Assembly: GCF_006345805.1 (NCBI RefSeq)
Contig: NC_043024.1
Coordinates: 15,500,001-15,564,000, forward strand
Direction of reading: 5' to 3'
Length of the DNA: 64,000 nt
Source: Octopus sinensis
Taxonomy: Eukaryota
Shown here: in pieces, positions 24,780-38,110 of the stretch
Layout of the letters: the number at the start of each line of letters is the position of its first letter
How positions within the stretch are numbered: the stretch's first letter is position 1
The notes under the pieces: model-generated
Seen by the model: the letters and a program-made list of their open reading frames with translations, nothing else
Databases searched by the model: none
Told to the model about the DNA's origin: nothing
Program-made: the position numbers and the translations under genes

Positions 24780-25210
24780 TGATACAACAGTACACACATA
24801 CACACCTAAACACACACACGCATACACATTAAGTACATTCACACAGAGATAAAACCACACACACACAAACATACATATACTTACACAAATACACACATTC
24901 ATAAAAGCACATGCACACAAACACACACAAATAGACATACACTCACATGTAAAAACATACACGTTAACACACATTCAAACACAAAAGACACACACACTTG
25001 CAAACACAGAAGTGTATGCATCAAAGCATACACACACATGCATAAACAAATATACACGCACTCACATGAACACATATACACACACACATTCATACATGCA
25101 TAAACACAAATACATACACACACACACACAAACGCAATTGCATACTGAAACGCACTCACATACATAAATACAATGACATACACTCACACACAAATGGACA
25201 CACTCATATC

Positions 25211-25252
<42 letters not shown>

Positions 25253-25260
25253 TACACGCA
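24780..25260. repeat. (CA)-rich low-complexity tract
   Basis: Degenerate cacacatac repeats. Confidence 0.9.
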
Positions 25261-25759
25261 TGCAAAAAAAAAAGTGTTTTATAAGATAATTCATCGGAAT
25301 ATATTTAATTTATTTTTTGATACAGCAACAGCTTCTTATCATTTGTCGTTTAATTAATTCGTTAATTCTCCTTGATCTTCTCTTCCTAGTAAACACATAA
25401 TCAAGTTTAAATCAACATTTAACATTGATTAACAAATTAATTAAATGCAATACATTCACTGTTAATTACAGGATGCTCACAGTTCAAACGAATGTTGTCT
25501 TTCCTCGTGCCGCAGTAAAGATGCGGAATGACGGAATCAATTAATCGGTTGAGCATCGGGTAAATTGCATCGCTGTATTAAGTGTGAAATTCAGTTCTGC
25601 TTGCCGAGGTGGATTTAGTCTTTCGGCCTTCCAGAGAGAGTGGAATGAGGGCGGGTCAAGTAGGGTGTGGCTTTGATATAATTAAATGTAGCCATAGTTC
25701 TGCCCAAAACTTTATGGTGGGGCAGGGCGTGGTTCTGTCTGCATTCGTTTTTATAATTA

Positions 25760-26170
25760 TGGTTGTCATCATTGACATCATTCTTGTCATCGTTATCACC
25801 ATCCACATCATCATTACTGTTATTAGCGTCATAACTGCTATCATCATGATTATCAACATCATCATCATCCTCTTCATCATCACTATCATTATCATAATCA
25901 CCATCATCATCATCGCCATCGTTGGCATCAACTCATCACCATCACCACCATCATTATCAGCATCAAACCATCATCACTGTCTTCACCATCATCACAATCA
26001 TCACCATCATCATCATCGTCACAAATATCCTGCATCACCACTATCATCAGCATCATCATCATAATCGTCATTGTTATAAATATCATCATAACTACCATTA
26101 TCGTTATCATCATCATCATCATTATCATCAACATCATTCTTATCATCATCATCATCATCATCATCAACAT
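25760..26170. repeat. (CAT)n microsatellite
   Basis: Imperfect CAT repeats producing poly-H/I/M ORFs. Confidence 0.9.
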
Positions 26171-27029
26171 CTGCAACTGCACCAGTTTTACATCTGTATA
26201 TCTACACTGGCATGAGTTAGATGGTTGCCATGACCCACATTGGTTAATGTCTCTCCTTGTCCTGACATGGTGTGACAGTCGTAAATGAGTTTCACCATCA
26301 TACAAGTGGTGTTGTTCATTTCCAGTCTCCCCCTGAAAACATGTCTGGCCTCAGGGGATATATTATCATCCTGCATGGAAACAGGAAGGGCGTCCAGGCA
26401 TAGAAAATCTGCCTTGACACATTCTGTCCAACACATGCAAGCATGGAAAAGAGGACATTAAAACGATGACAATATACGAAAGGCTTCTTTTAGTTTCCAT
26501 CAACCAAATCCATTCACAGGGCTTTGATCAGCCCAGGGCTATAGTAGAAGACTCCAGGTACCATGCAATGGGACTGAACCAAAATCCATGTTGTGGTTAG
26601 GAATGAAGCTTCTTACTACTACAAACCTATGGGATTCTTTCAGTTTCCATCTAGAAAATATATTCACAAGGCTTTAATCAGCCCAGGGCTATAGTAGAAG
26701 ACCCTTGCCCAAGGTACCATGCAACAGGGCTGAACCCCAAACCATGTGGTTGGGAAGCAAGCTTCTTACCACAAAGCTACAGGATTCTTTCAGTTTCCAT
26801 CTAGAAAATCCATTCATTGACCTGGGACAATAGTAGAAGACAGTTGTCCAAGGTGCCATGCAGTGGGACTGAACCTGAAACCATAGAGTTGCTAAGTGAA
26901 CTTCTTATCCAAACAGCCACGACGGAAGTTTTGATATCTTTGTTGTTTCTTTTGTTTTTGTTGTATTATTTTTTTTATCCTTTCTTCTGCAACATTGTAG
27001 CAATAGCACAGACTTAACTGTGAAGCAAA

Positions 27030-27600
27030 AGGGGAGGGAAGAGGCGAGAGAAAGAGAGAGAGAGAGACATATACACACAGAGGAGAGGGGGAGAGACAGA
27101 CAGACAGATAGAGAGAGGAGAGACATAGAGAGGAGAGAAAGAGAAAAGGAGAGTGAAAGGGGCAAGAGTAAAAGAGAGAGGGGAGAGTGAACGTGGGTGA
27201 AAGAGAGAGAAATGGAGTTAGAGAGCTTGAGTGGACGTGTGATAAAGAGAGAGAAAGAGAGATAGACAGACAGAGAAAGAAACAAAAAGCGAGAGAATGC
27301 GATAGAGAAAGAGAGATGGAGAAAGAATGAGTGGGAAAGAGAAAAAGAGACACCCAGGGAAAGAGAGTGAAAAAGACTGGGAGAGAGAGAGAAAGAATGA
27401 GAGCTAAACAGAGAGAGGAAGAGAAAGAGGCAAAGAAACAGAGTGAGGAAGAATGGGAGAAAGAGAGAAAGAATGAGATAAAGAGAGAGAAGAGAGAGAG
27501 AGAGAGAGGCAAGTAAAGAGAGTGAGAAACAATGGGAGAGAGAGTGAGAGAAAAAAGACAAAAATAAGGAAAAAAAAAGAGAGAGAAAAAGAAAGTGAGA
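27030..27600 (+). repeat. (GA)-rich polypurine tract
   Basis: gagagaga/gaaa repeats. Confidence 0.9.
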
Positions 27601-27910
27601 ACTAAGTCAGTTTATAATCTACCATTTCAGTGGTACTGGCATCAAAAGTAGAACCAGAAAGCATGACAAGCAGATTATATGGAAGAGATATTACAAAGGT
27701 GCAAGGGAGAAATTCCTCAAAATAGATTAGTAGGAATACGGTGAGATATTGAGAATGGAATCGAAAAGAAAAAGGAAGCAATGAGTCAACCTGCAGGCGA
27801 GAACACACAACTACATCGACCAACATGGAAAACTGGACATAATGAAGGTTAATGAGGATTATTATTGATGTAGTTGTTGCTGCTATTATTGTTATTATTA
27901 TTATTATTAT

Positions 27911-28369
27911 TGAGTGTGAGAGCAGTGCATGCCATCAAAGTGACACTGGGGTAAAATATACGAAGCCCAGTATACCCATCATGACTACCCGTCTGATAAG
28001 GGTACACCAGGCACATGCATCACAACCATATGTGCGCGATATGGTGATCTCATATCAAGATAAACAGCACATGACCTTGCAGGTGGGGCCCAGTTAGAAT
28101 TTTCTTCAGGTTGAGTAACCCATCCCGCTCAAACGGTCCCTGAATAAGGGTTGTTTAAGGATGTTGAAAGAACCACCCATGTTTCCAGAGGTGAATTATT
28201 CAAACCCCAAAGAATCCCTCTCAACACATGGCTATGATGCTCCCCCACTACTTCTGCTCATGATCAGAGATGCACATATCGTCAGTCACTAAGGGACATG
28301 CTCAACTGGTTAAGGTCAAACAACTGACAAGCAAATCTGTGGTATTGAGCAGAATATTTGCTGTAGCCC
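27911..28369 (-). repeat. Family D repeat, full copy
   Basis: Reverse complement of 53384-53845. Confidence 0.85.
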
Positions 28370-28476
28370 ATCTTTTATACCAAGTCTTATTATTATTATT
28401 ATTATCATTATTATTATTATTGAGTGTGAGAGCAGTGCATGCCATCCAAGTGACATTGGGGTTAAAATATACGAAG

Positions 28477-29951
28477 GTGCGAAAATTAACGAGGAAAAGT
28501 TGGCAGGCTTGCAACTGGGCACCTGGAGGGGCAAGTCCATGCCATCCAACAGTGTTGTAGGATGCCGGACAGATGGTCCCGCTAAACTGCCTGAAGTCTG
28601 ATTCGGTCCGGACCTCCAGGTGGAGAAAAAATGGGAGGATGTGACGAGCAGGGTGGCCAATCTCACCCAGAAGAGGGCCAAGAGGAAAGGTCAAGTGGAG
28701 GTGGCAAATGTGTACATCACATCCATCATCTATTACCTATTGACCGTCGTCCCTTGTCCTGACCACTGGCTGGCCAAGTTGGTGCGCTTGCTCTTTGACT
28801 TTCTGTTAAAGGGTCAGGCACTCCATCTGCTGTCAACAGCTGCTAAATGGAGGCCTTGGCAAGCTGAGGTTGCTGATACATAGACATGCGCTCAGGCTAC
28901 GGTATCTCAAGTGTTTCCTGGATGGTCAGACACGACTTTCCGCAGCTTGTCTCTTTAAACGAGCTGCACCCTTCGATCAAACGCAGATCGAGAAAGGGCG
29001 TTTGTCACCTTGAGTGCTGTCAAGCTCCCACCAAGTGGGCAATGTGACCGGTAATAGTTCCACTCTAGCGTTCTATAGAGGGTTAGTGCAGGAAAAGTGT
29101 GACAACGTTCTCAGGGAAACTCTAGGCGTCGATGATAATCAGCTAAACAGTCTATTCGGAAGAACTTTCAGGCCGGGGCCCATGGATAGCTTCCAAAGAT
29201 CCCCTCACCTGGCAATGCTACCAAGGGGCTCTGCCTGTTCAAGATAAATTCTACTGGCACGGAAGTGCCGTCAGCCAGGTCTGCCTGAGGTGCACTCAGG
29301 GTGACAAAACCATTCTGCAAACATTCGTCTAGTGCCCAAGTATTGCTGATCTGTGGGTTTATGTTGAACAGCTAGGGTCGTGTGTAGGACAGATCTGGCT
29401 ATCAGCTGAATCCACAGTGAAGATTGCCCCGCTGACCTCCTTTAACAGAGAGGGCAAGGCAATTTTCCTTGTCCGGTGGCTGTAGCGAAAGAGGTGGTAT
29501 GGTGGACCCATTTGCAAGGGCTAGAGTCAGACACTTTCCTCTTTGACCAAGGCCTTATCAACTTTTTCAAGTTCCACTTGAAAAGGAAGATGAGAGTAGA
29601 GAGGGAAGTATTGTCTCATAGCAAATTTATTGAAAGGTGGGTGAATGTCGGTAAAATGGCCAATATGAATGGACCAATTCTAAGGTTACTTACACCTGTA
29701 AAAAAATGGTAATATAAAAGAAGGGGCTCTCTCCCTGTCTGACCAGGCTCCTGTGGCTTTTATGGGTTTTTCCATGAATAACCTTTCAAAACGCCTCCCC
29801 CTATTGGGAGTTTTATTTGTTATATTTTTCATTGTTATTTTAATGTTTACACGGACCTTTTTTTTCACAAAAACCTTTGTACTTTTCATCCTGTTTTTGT
29901 CCTTACATGTCTTTAATTTATATTAGCCCTTGTGACCGATAAAACCAGAAC
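28477..29951 (+). mobile_element. 5'-truncated Tx1/L1-clade LINE (end of RT, zf-RVT region, 3' UTR)
   Basis: GAKINEEK...VWFGPDLQVEKKWEDVTSRV...VEVANVYITSIIYYLLTVVPCP; later QCYQGALPVQDK...CLRC...TILQTFV*CP (zf-RVT-like); then AVAKEVVWW...FFKFHLKRKMRVER...RW. Several stops and frameshifts. Confidence 0.85.
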
Positions 29952-29990
29952 TTATTATTATTATTATTATTATTATTTATTATTATTATT

Positions 29991-30992
29991 AAGGTGGCAT
30001 GCTGGCAGAAACATTGGCATGCTGGACAAAATGCTTAGCAATATTTCATTTGTCTTTATGTTCTGAGTTCAAATTCCGCCAAGGCTGACTTTGCCTTTCA
30101 TCCTTTCAGGGTCAATAGAATAAGTACCAGTTGAACAAGGGGGGGGGAGGTAGGTCGATGTAATCAACTCATCCCCTCCCCCAAAACTGCAGCCCTTGTG
30201 GCAAAAATTTGAAACCATTATTATTATTATTATCATTATTATTAAAAGAAAAAAGGTGGCGAGTAGGCAGAATTGTTAGCAGACTGGGCAAAATGCTTAG
30301 CGATATTTCACCCATCACTACATTCTGAATTCAAATTCAGCAGAGGTCGACTTTGCCTTTCACCCCTTTAGGGTAGATAAATCAAGTACCAGTTGCATAC
30401 TGGGGTCGATCTAATCAACTCATCTCCTCCCCAAAATGGCTGCCCTTGTAGCAAAATTTGAAACCATTATTATTATTATTATATTATTATTAAGGTGGCA
30501 TGCTGGCAGAAACATTGGCATGCTGGACAAAATGCTTAGCAATATTTCATTTGTCTTTATGTTCTGAGTTCAAATTCCGCCAAGGCTGACTTTGCCTTTC
30601 ATCCTTTCAGGGTCAATAGAATAAGTACCAGTTGAACAAGGGGGGGGGAGGTAGGTCGATGTAATCAACTCATCCCCTCCCCCAAAACTGCAGCCCTTGT
30701 GGCAAAAATTTGAAACCATTATTATTATTATTATCATTATTATTAAAAGAAAAAAGGTGGCGAGTAGGCAGAATTGTTAGCAGACTGGGCAAAATGCTTA
30801 GCGATATTTCACCCATCACTACATTCTGAATTCAAATTCAGCAGAGGTCGACTTTGCCTTTCACCCCTTTAGGGTAGATAAATCAAGTACCAGTTGCATA
30901 CTGGGGTCGATCTAATCAACTCATCTCCTCCCCAAAATGGCTGCCCTTGTAGCAAAATTTGAAACCATTATTATTATATTATTATTATTATT
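29991..30992 (+). repeat. Apparently exact 501-bp tandem duplication of a two-SINE-B block
   Basis: Block 29991-30491 recurs at 30492-30992, including the G9 run and the private SINE mutations. Confidence 0.9.
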
Positions 30993-31774
30993 AGCAAGGC
31001 GGCAAGCTGGCAGAATTGTTAGCACACTGGGTGAAATGCTTAGTGGCATGTCATTGGTCGGTACACTCTGAGTTCAAATTCTGCCGTGGTTGACTTTGCC
31101 TTTCATTCTTTCAGGGTTGATGGAAAAAAGTACCAGTCAAGCACTGGGGTCAATGTAATCAACTTAACACCCTCCTCCAAAATTTCAGACCTTGTGCCTA
31201 TAGTAGAAAGGATTATTATTATCATTATAATTAGGGTGGAGGCGCAATGGCCCAGTGGTTAGAGCAGCGGACTCACGGTCGGAGGATCACGCTTACGATT
31301 CCCAGACCAGGTATTGTGTGTGTTTATTGAGCGAAAACACCTAAAGCTCCACGAGGCTCTGGCAGGGGGTGGTGGCAACCCCTGTTGTACTCTTTCGCCC
31401 CAACTTTCTCTAACTCTTTCTTCCTGTTTCTTGAGTAACGCTGCGATGGACTGGTGTCTCGTCCAGCAGGGGAGAAACATACGCCATAGAAACCAGGAAA
31501 CTGGGCCCATGAGCCTGGCTAGGCTTGAAAAGGGTGTATAAATATAAGAAATTATTATTGGTATGGAAATATTCAGAATCTAATGTTGTTTGGGAGGTGG
31601 GTTCAAAGTGTAAATAAAACAGGTGAGAGATAGAGTTTATTTGGTCGGAATAAACATGGGAAGACAAAAAGTTTATAGTTTTATCGATATGTGTTTAATA
31701 AACGCATTATGGAATCAGTAGAGAATGAGACAAAGGTCAGTGGTTTGACAACAAGGGGGTTTTCTCAGCAGCCA

Positions 31775-32400
31775 GTAGGAGGAGGAGGAGGAGGAGAATG
31801 AGGGGGAACAGACACAGCAGTGATAAGAGTAGTAGCAGGAGGAATGGTAGTAATAATTGTAGGAGGGGAGGAAGAGAAGGAGAAGCAACAGTGATAGCAG
31901 TAGTTGCAGGGAAAATAGGAGGAAGGGGAAGGGGAGGAGGTGGAAGAAGAGGAAGGAGTAGAAGAGGAGGAAGAGGAAGTGGAAGAGGAGGAAGAGGAAG
32001 AGTAGGAAGGAGTGGAAGTAGTGGAAGAGGAGGAAGAGGAAGAGTAGGAAGAAGAGGAAGAGGAGGAAGCGGAGGAAGAGGAAGAAGAGGAAGGAGTGGA
32101 AGAAGAGGAAGAAGTGGAAGAGGAGGAAGAGGAAGAGTAGGAAGAAGAGGAAGAAGTGGAAGAGGAGGAAGAGGAGGAGTAAGAAGAAGAGGAAGAAGTG
32201 GAAGAAGTGGAAGAAGTGGAAGAGGAGGAAGAGGAAGAAGTGGAAGAGAGGGAAGAGGAAGAAGAAGAGGAGGAAGAAGTGGAAGAGGAGGAAGAAGTGG
32301 AAGAGGAGGAATACAACAAATAGCAGTAGTTGCAGGGAAATAGAAGAGGAGGAAGAAGAGAACTAGCAGCAGTAGTAGTAGTAGCAGCAGCAATCAGTAG
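31775..32400 (+). repeat. (GGAAGA/GGA)n purine-rich repeat
   Basis: Tandem ggaagaggaggaaga units; source of the poly-GR, poly-PL and poly-S ORFs. Confidence 0.9.
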
Positions 32401-33248
32401 CAGTAAGGAATATGCATATATATGTTTCTCTTTTCAAATATCAACAATGTCAGATAGAAGACACAAAAATCGAAGTCTCTCCATTATCCTTACTAAAACA
32501 AGGGTTAGTTTTGCGGACCCCATGAAAGTTTACTCCATTTTACCCCAACCACTAGACCCCCCACCCTTGTCCTCATTCCCACCTCCACCGCCTTCAGCCC
32601 ATGACTTAACCATATCATCCCCTTTCTTTTCACAACATTCATCAAAAGCTCTATCCCCACCATTCTCTACAATTCATTGTTTGCCTTCCTCTTTCTCAGC
32701 AATAAAACCACTCATCGACCAAACCATTTTTATTGCTGCTCTTTCTAGCATTCTCCACTACTCTACATCCATTATTCCATATCAAAACAAAGAAACAAAC
32801 AAAAAATTAAGGCACATCTCATGCATACAAGCTGTGCCTCTCCCTTGAGTTTTTGTAGAGGAAGAACAGATGTAGAAATATGGGAACTAGACCTTTGGCT
32901 GATAGATGGCATAGGAGTGGCTGTGTGGTAGTAAGTAGCTTGCTAACGAACCACATGGTTCTGGGTTCAGTTCCACTGTGTGGCACCTTGGGCAAGTGTC
33001 TTCTACTATAGCTTTAGGTTAAGTGATGTTGGTGAAAATGACCTTTCCACAGAGTATCTGGGGGGAGGGGGGACAGAGAAGCATAAATATGAGTACCACA
33101 CTTCCAGTTACATAAATGCACATTATGAATGATATTTCACACCTGTGTTATGTAGGAATGAGTGACACCTGCCCTGACTCATGTTACATACGAAGAATAT
33201 TCTGATGAATATCTGGCAGACACTGTACTAACAACAGAACAAATAAAA

Positions 33249-33581
33249 ATAGGAGTAGGAGTGGCTGTGTGGTAAGTAGCTTGCTTACCAACCACATGGT
33301 TTCGAGTTCAACCCCACTGCATGACATCTTGGGCAAGTGTCTTCTACTATAGCCTCAGGCCAACCACAGCCTTGTGAGTGGATTTGGTAGACGGAAACTG
33401 AAAGAAGCCCATTGCATATATGTGTGTGTATATATATATATATCATCATCATCATCATTTAGCGTCCGTTTTCCATGCTAGCATGGGTTGGACGGTTCAA
33501 CTGGGGTCTGTGAAGCTGGAACGCTTCATCAGGCCCAGTCAGATCTGGCAGTGTTTCTACGGCTGGATGCCCTTCCTAACG

Positions 33582-33618
<37 letters not shown>

Positions 33619-33860
33619 CGCCATATATATATGTATGTGTGTGTGTGTATATGTTTGCCCCCCCCCCTCCAACATCGCTTGACAACCAATGCTGGCGTGT
33701 TTACGTCCCTGTAACTTAGCAGTTCAGCAAAAGAGACCGATAGAATAAGTACTAGGCTTACAAAGAATAAGTCCTGGGGTCGAGTTGCTCGACTAAAGGC
33801 GGTGCTCCAGCATGGCCACAGTCAAACGACTGAAACAAGCGAAAGAGTAAAAAGAGTAAA
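33249..33860 (+). mobile_element. SINE-A with a family-C copy nested in its internal (TA)n
   Basis: Family A head and tail separated by a minus-strand family-C copy at about 33445-33585. Confidence 0.8.
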
Positions 33861-34521
33861 TAAAAAAAGACAAAAAATGGTGATGATTCAAAAAAACAGT
33901 AAACAGCCGCATCTTTGCTATTTAACCATCAGAGCTCTTTAGATTCTGTGTTAGTCTGTTTCAATATCTTTAGACAGATTAAGGAAATGCTGCCCTAGAT
34001 ATATGAGCACCATTCCATTAAAAAAAATCCAACTTGATTTTTGGGAAAATGTTAAGAACTAACCAAAGATCAAATACCATTGTATTTCAAAATAGAAAAA
34101 TTCTAGTAGTTTCTTAGGATTTCTTTATTTTTATTGTTACTTTTTTTATTTAAATTTTTTTTTTATACCTCTAAAATGTTGGTTTTTAATAACAGGAAAT
34201 GTGACTGGCATCAAGTTTAGATAGAAAGAAAGGAAGAACACAAGAATTCTATTGTGATAGAATTCTTATGTGTTGGCACTCGATTTTATGGTTTCATACT
34301 AAGGTAAATGCCAATTGTAGAGCTTGAAGAATTTCAAGTATTTTAAACTTAATGCCAACTCACTCCATTATCCAAAGAATCATATTTTAAACAATATCTT
34401 CCGAAATATAACAATTTCTGTATTCATTACATGTATAATATTTCATATGGAATTCTATACATAATGTTTATGAATTATAACCATTTGTAAATGGAAACAA
34501 TAAATACAATACATAAATATT

Positions 34522-34565
<44 letters not shown>

Positions 34566-36796
34566 TTTAAGTAGACAAATGAATTATCTTATTATGGATT
34601 ATTCGAAAGATAACCGATACCTGGGTAGCAAACTCACAACAGAAAAAGCACGGTTGAAGTTACGACCATAGGGCATAAAATCCGTGCCTTAGTGCGGAAA
34701 TTATGCAGCTTTCTCTTCAGGAAAAACCAGGAACTTAATTCTCCAACAAAATGCACAACAAGTTTTATGGACTCCTTATTCATTCGGAATTAGGGATTTT
34801 GCAAACTTCGAAATATATGTCGAAAATAAAATAAAGGAACTTTGTTAAATCTTCATTCAGCTCCATTCTTTCCTATACTTAATATATTAAATTATATATA
34901 TATATATATATATAGGCACAGGAGTGGCTGTGTGGTAAGTAGTTCTGGGTTCAGTCCCACTGCATAGCACCTTGGGCAAGTGTCTTCTACTATAGCCTTG
35001 GGTTGACTAAACCCTTTTGAGTGGATTTTCACTTTGTCCCTGTCTCTTTTTCTTGCTTTCTCTCTCTTCTCCCCCTCCTTAATTCCTCTGTCCCTCTTTT
35101 CCTCTCTCTTCTCTTCATATGTGACTGACTGACTACTGGCTTTTGGGTCTGGCAGCAGTTGTAGTAACATCAACATTTTTTTCCTCTGCCCTACACGCCA
35201 GCTGAGTTTAATACATCTCAGTCGAAAGACGCTTGTTGTGATGTCCTGTTATTGTTATTATTATTATTATTATTATTGTTTTTATATATTATTTTTGTAT
35301 TCATATTCATGTAACATCGTCCGTTTTTCCATCCTAGTTTTGTATACATTCGAAGCTTTTTTCCAAGGAATCTAATGCGCTTAGCTTAGTTTTTCCTTGG
35401 GGCCGGTCAGATTGGAGCAATCTCAAGATTAATCAGCCAAAATTGCGAGGATGATCTGGTTCTTGACTGAAGATTGAAGGCTTCGAATGTCCTGTCCGTG
35501 TTTTTTGCATCGTCTTTTAAATGTTATGCGTTCTTGTCCCAGTTTGTATTTTTTTAATATGTATATATATATATACATATATATATATATGTGTGTGCGT
35601 GTGTGTGTGTGTGCGTGTGTGTGTGTGTGCGTGTGTGTGTGTGCGTGTGTACACATTTGTGTGTTTGTTTGTCCCCCTATCATTGCTTGACAACTGATGT
35701 TGGCGTGTTTATGTCCCCATAACTTAGCAGTTCAGCAAAAGACATCGATGGAATATGTACTAGGCTTACAAAGAATAACTTCTGGAGCTGATTTGTTTAA
35801 CTAAAGGCAATGCTCCAGCATGACCACAGTCAAATGACCGAAACAAACAAAAGAACATATATATATATAGTAGTAGTAGTAGTAGCTTGCTTCCTAACCA
35901 CATGGTTCTGAGTTCAGTCTCACTGCGTGGCACCTTGGGCAAGTGTCTACTATAGCCTCAGGCCAACCAAAGCTTTGTGAGTAGATTTGGTAGATGGAAA
36001 ATGGAAGAAGCTGTTTATCCCTCATCACCGCTTGACAACCAGTGTTGGTGTGTTTACATCCTGTAACTTAATGGTTTGGCAAAAGAGACTGATACAATAA
36101 GCGCCAGGTTTAAAAAAAATAATCACAGGGGTCAATTCATTCAACTAAAAATTCTTCAAGTCAGTGCCCCAGCATGGCCACAGTCTAATGACTAAAACAA
36201 GAAAAATATAAAAGATGTGTGTGTGTGTGGGGGGGCAAACACAGTCACACACACATCAATACATACATTATATATGTATATATATGTATATATATATATA
36301 TATATATATAAATATATGTATGTATGTATGCATGTATGTGTTTGTCCCCCAACATCGCTTGACAACCGACGGTGGTGTGTTTACATCCTCGTAACTTAGC
36401 AGTTTGGTAAAAGAGAGCGACAGAATAAGTACAAAGCTTACAAAGAATAAGTCCTGGGGGTCAATTTATTCGACTAAAGGCGGTGCTCCAGCATGGCCAC
36501 AGTCAAACGAGTGAAACAAGTAAAAGAATAAAAAGAATAATGTGATGCTCCAGCATGGCCTCGGTCTAAAGAATGAAACAAGCAAAAGATAAAACACCAG
36601 TTAAGGTAGTTTATATCGGTGAATATCGCATACCAAAAATTCCGCATAGCGGAATCAATCATTATGGCGTGAGGCAAAATGTTTTATTGCACCTTGCAAA
36701 CTTTTGTGCTTTTTTATTATGTTTACTTAGTGATTCAATCAGCAATAAATGTTACGTTAGTCATGTTAATGGATTTAATGTGGAGGGTATTAGAAA

Positions 36797-38110
36797 TACT
36801 AACTAGAAATAATTATGTGTTGAAATAGACAAATAGATAGATAGATAGATAGGTAGGTAGGTAGGTAGGTAGGTAGTGTTAATATATGTAATGTGGGAAA
36901 CGTGTGGGAAAATGAAATAACTAGAGAGAATTCTGTTATGAGGTGGATGGATGGAAAGTGAAATAGATAGATAGGGAGACAGACAGACTGATAATAGATA
37001 GATATACAGATAGACAGAAAAACACACTGATGATAGATGGATGAATGGGTTAGTGGGTGGGTGGTTCTGGGTAGGTAGGTAGGTAAATAGATAGACAGAC
37101 AGACAGACAGACAGATAGATAGATAAACAGGCAGATAGATAGAGACAGACTGAGAGACAGACAGACATATAGACAGACAGACAGACAGACAGACAAACAG
37201 TTAAATAGCTAGATGGATAGGTGAATAGGTAGATAGATAGGTAAATAGGTAGGTAGATAGGTAAGTTAGTTGCATTAACACATGTAATGTAGAGAGCATT
37301 AAAAAACTAACTAAAAATAATTTTGTGGTGAGATAAATAGATCAACAAATAGATAGGGATGGTTAATTAGCAATATTAATATATTTACAGAGTTAAATGT
37401 TAAAAAGCTAACTAGAAAGAATTATGCAGTAAGACAAGCAAACAGGAAGCGAGAGAGAAAGACAGACAATCAAGGTAAAGTAGCAGTGTTAATTTATTTA
37501 ATGTAGAGGACATTAAAAAATCTCGTCAGGAATAATTATGTGGCGAGACAGACAGACAAATAAATGGGAATGATTTGATAGTAGTCTTAATACATTTACA
37601 GTAGAAAACATTAAGCTAGCTAGAAGGAATTATGGTGTGAGACAAACAGACAGGAAGTTTGATAGACAGACAGGTAAGATAAGGCAGTTGTGTCAACAAA
37701 TTTAATAAAGAGAATAGTAAGAAAAAAAGCTAACTAGAAAATAATTATGTGGTGAAATAGATAGGGAGACAGGCAAATAGGTAAGTATGGTTATTTAGTA
37801 GTATAACTATATTAACTGCAAAAAAATATTAAGTGACTAACTAGAAAGAATTATGAAATAAGACAGACAGGAAGTTAGATAAATAGACAAACAGGTAAAG
37901 TAAGGTAGAAGTGTTAATACATTTAATGCAGAGAACATTGAAATTCTCACTAAGAATAATTATGTGGTGAGAGAGAGAGATAAGTACATAGGTAAGTTAG
38001 TAGTGTTAATATATTTACCATGGAAAACATTTAAGATGTTAACTAGAAATAATTATGTGGGGAGATAAATAAATAGGCAAATAGATAGGTATGGTTATCT
38101 AATATATTTA
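36797..38110 (+). repeat. Diverged tandem repeat (about 100-110-bp unit) mixed with GATA/GACA microsatellite
   Basis: Recurrent aactagaaa(t/g)aattatg...gtagtgttaata(t/c)attta near 36800, 37310, 37410, 37530, 37620, 37730, 37840, 37950 and 38040. Confidence 0.75.

Noticed and set aside
24540-24780. Non-repetitive segment with short ORFs as a possible exon
   Set aside because: No recognisable homology or convincing splice-site pair.
25270-25300. Minus-strand CCGATGA as another hammerhead (also at about 39480 and 55660)
   Set aside because: No stem II/GAAA/stem III arrangement follows.
28421-28480. Tx1 LINE inserted site-specifically into family D
   Set aside because: The remainder of the D copy is not found after the LINE. 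The head-to-head junction is equally explained by truncation or deletion.
31737-32393. Poly-GR, poly-PL and poly-S ORFs
   Set aside because: Translations of the GGAAGA repeat.
32330-32848. 172-aa ORF containing KTRVSFAD (RVxF PP1-docking-like motif)
   Set aside because: Low-complexity Pro/Ser-rich sequence adjoining simple repeats, with no recognisable domain or splice context. A short-motif match is likely chance.
34636-34676. Minus-strand ATG...GTGAGT mini-exon (MPYGRNFNRAFSV) as an alternative first exon
   Set aside because: The donor is phase 0, incompatible with the phase-1 PAS exon, and there is no other support.
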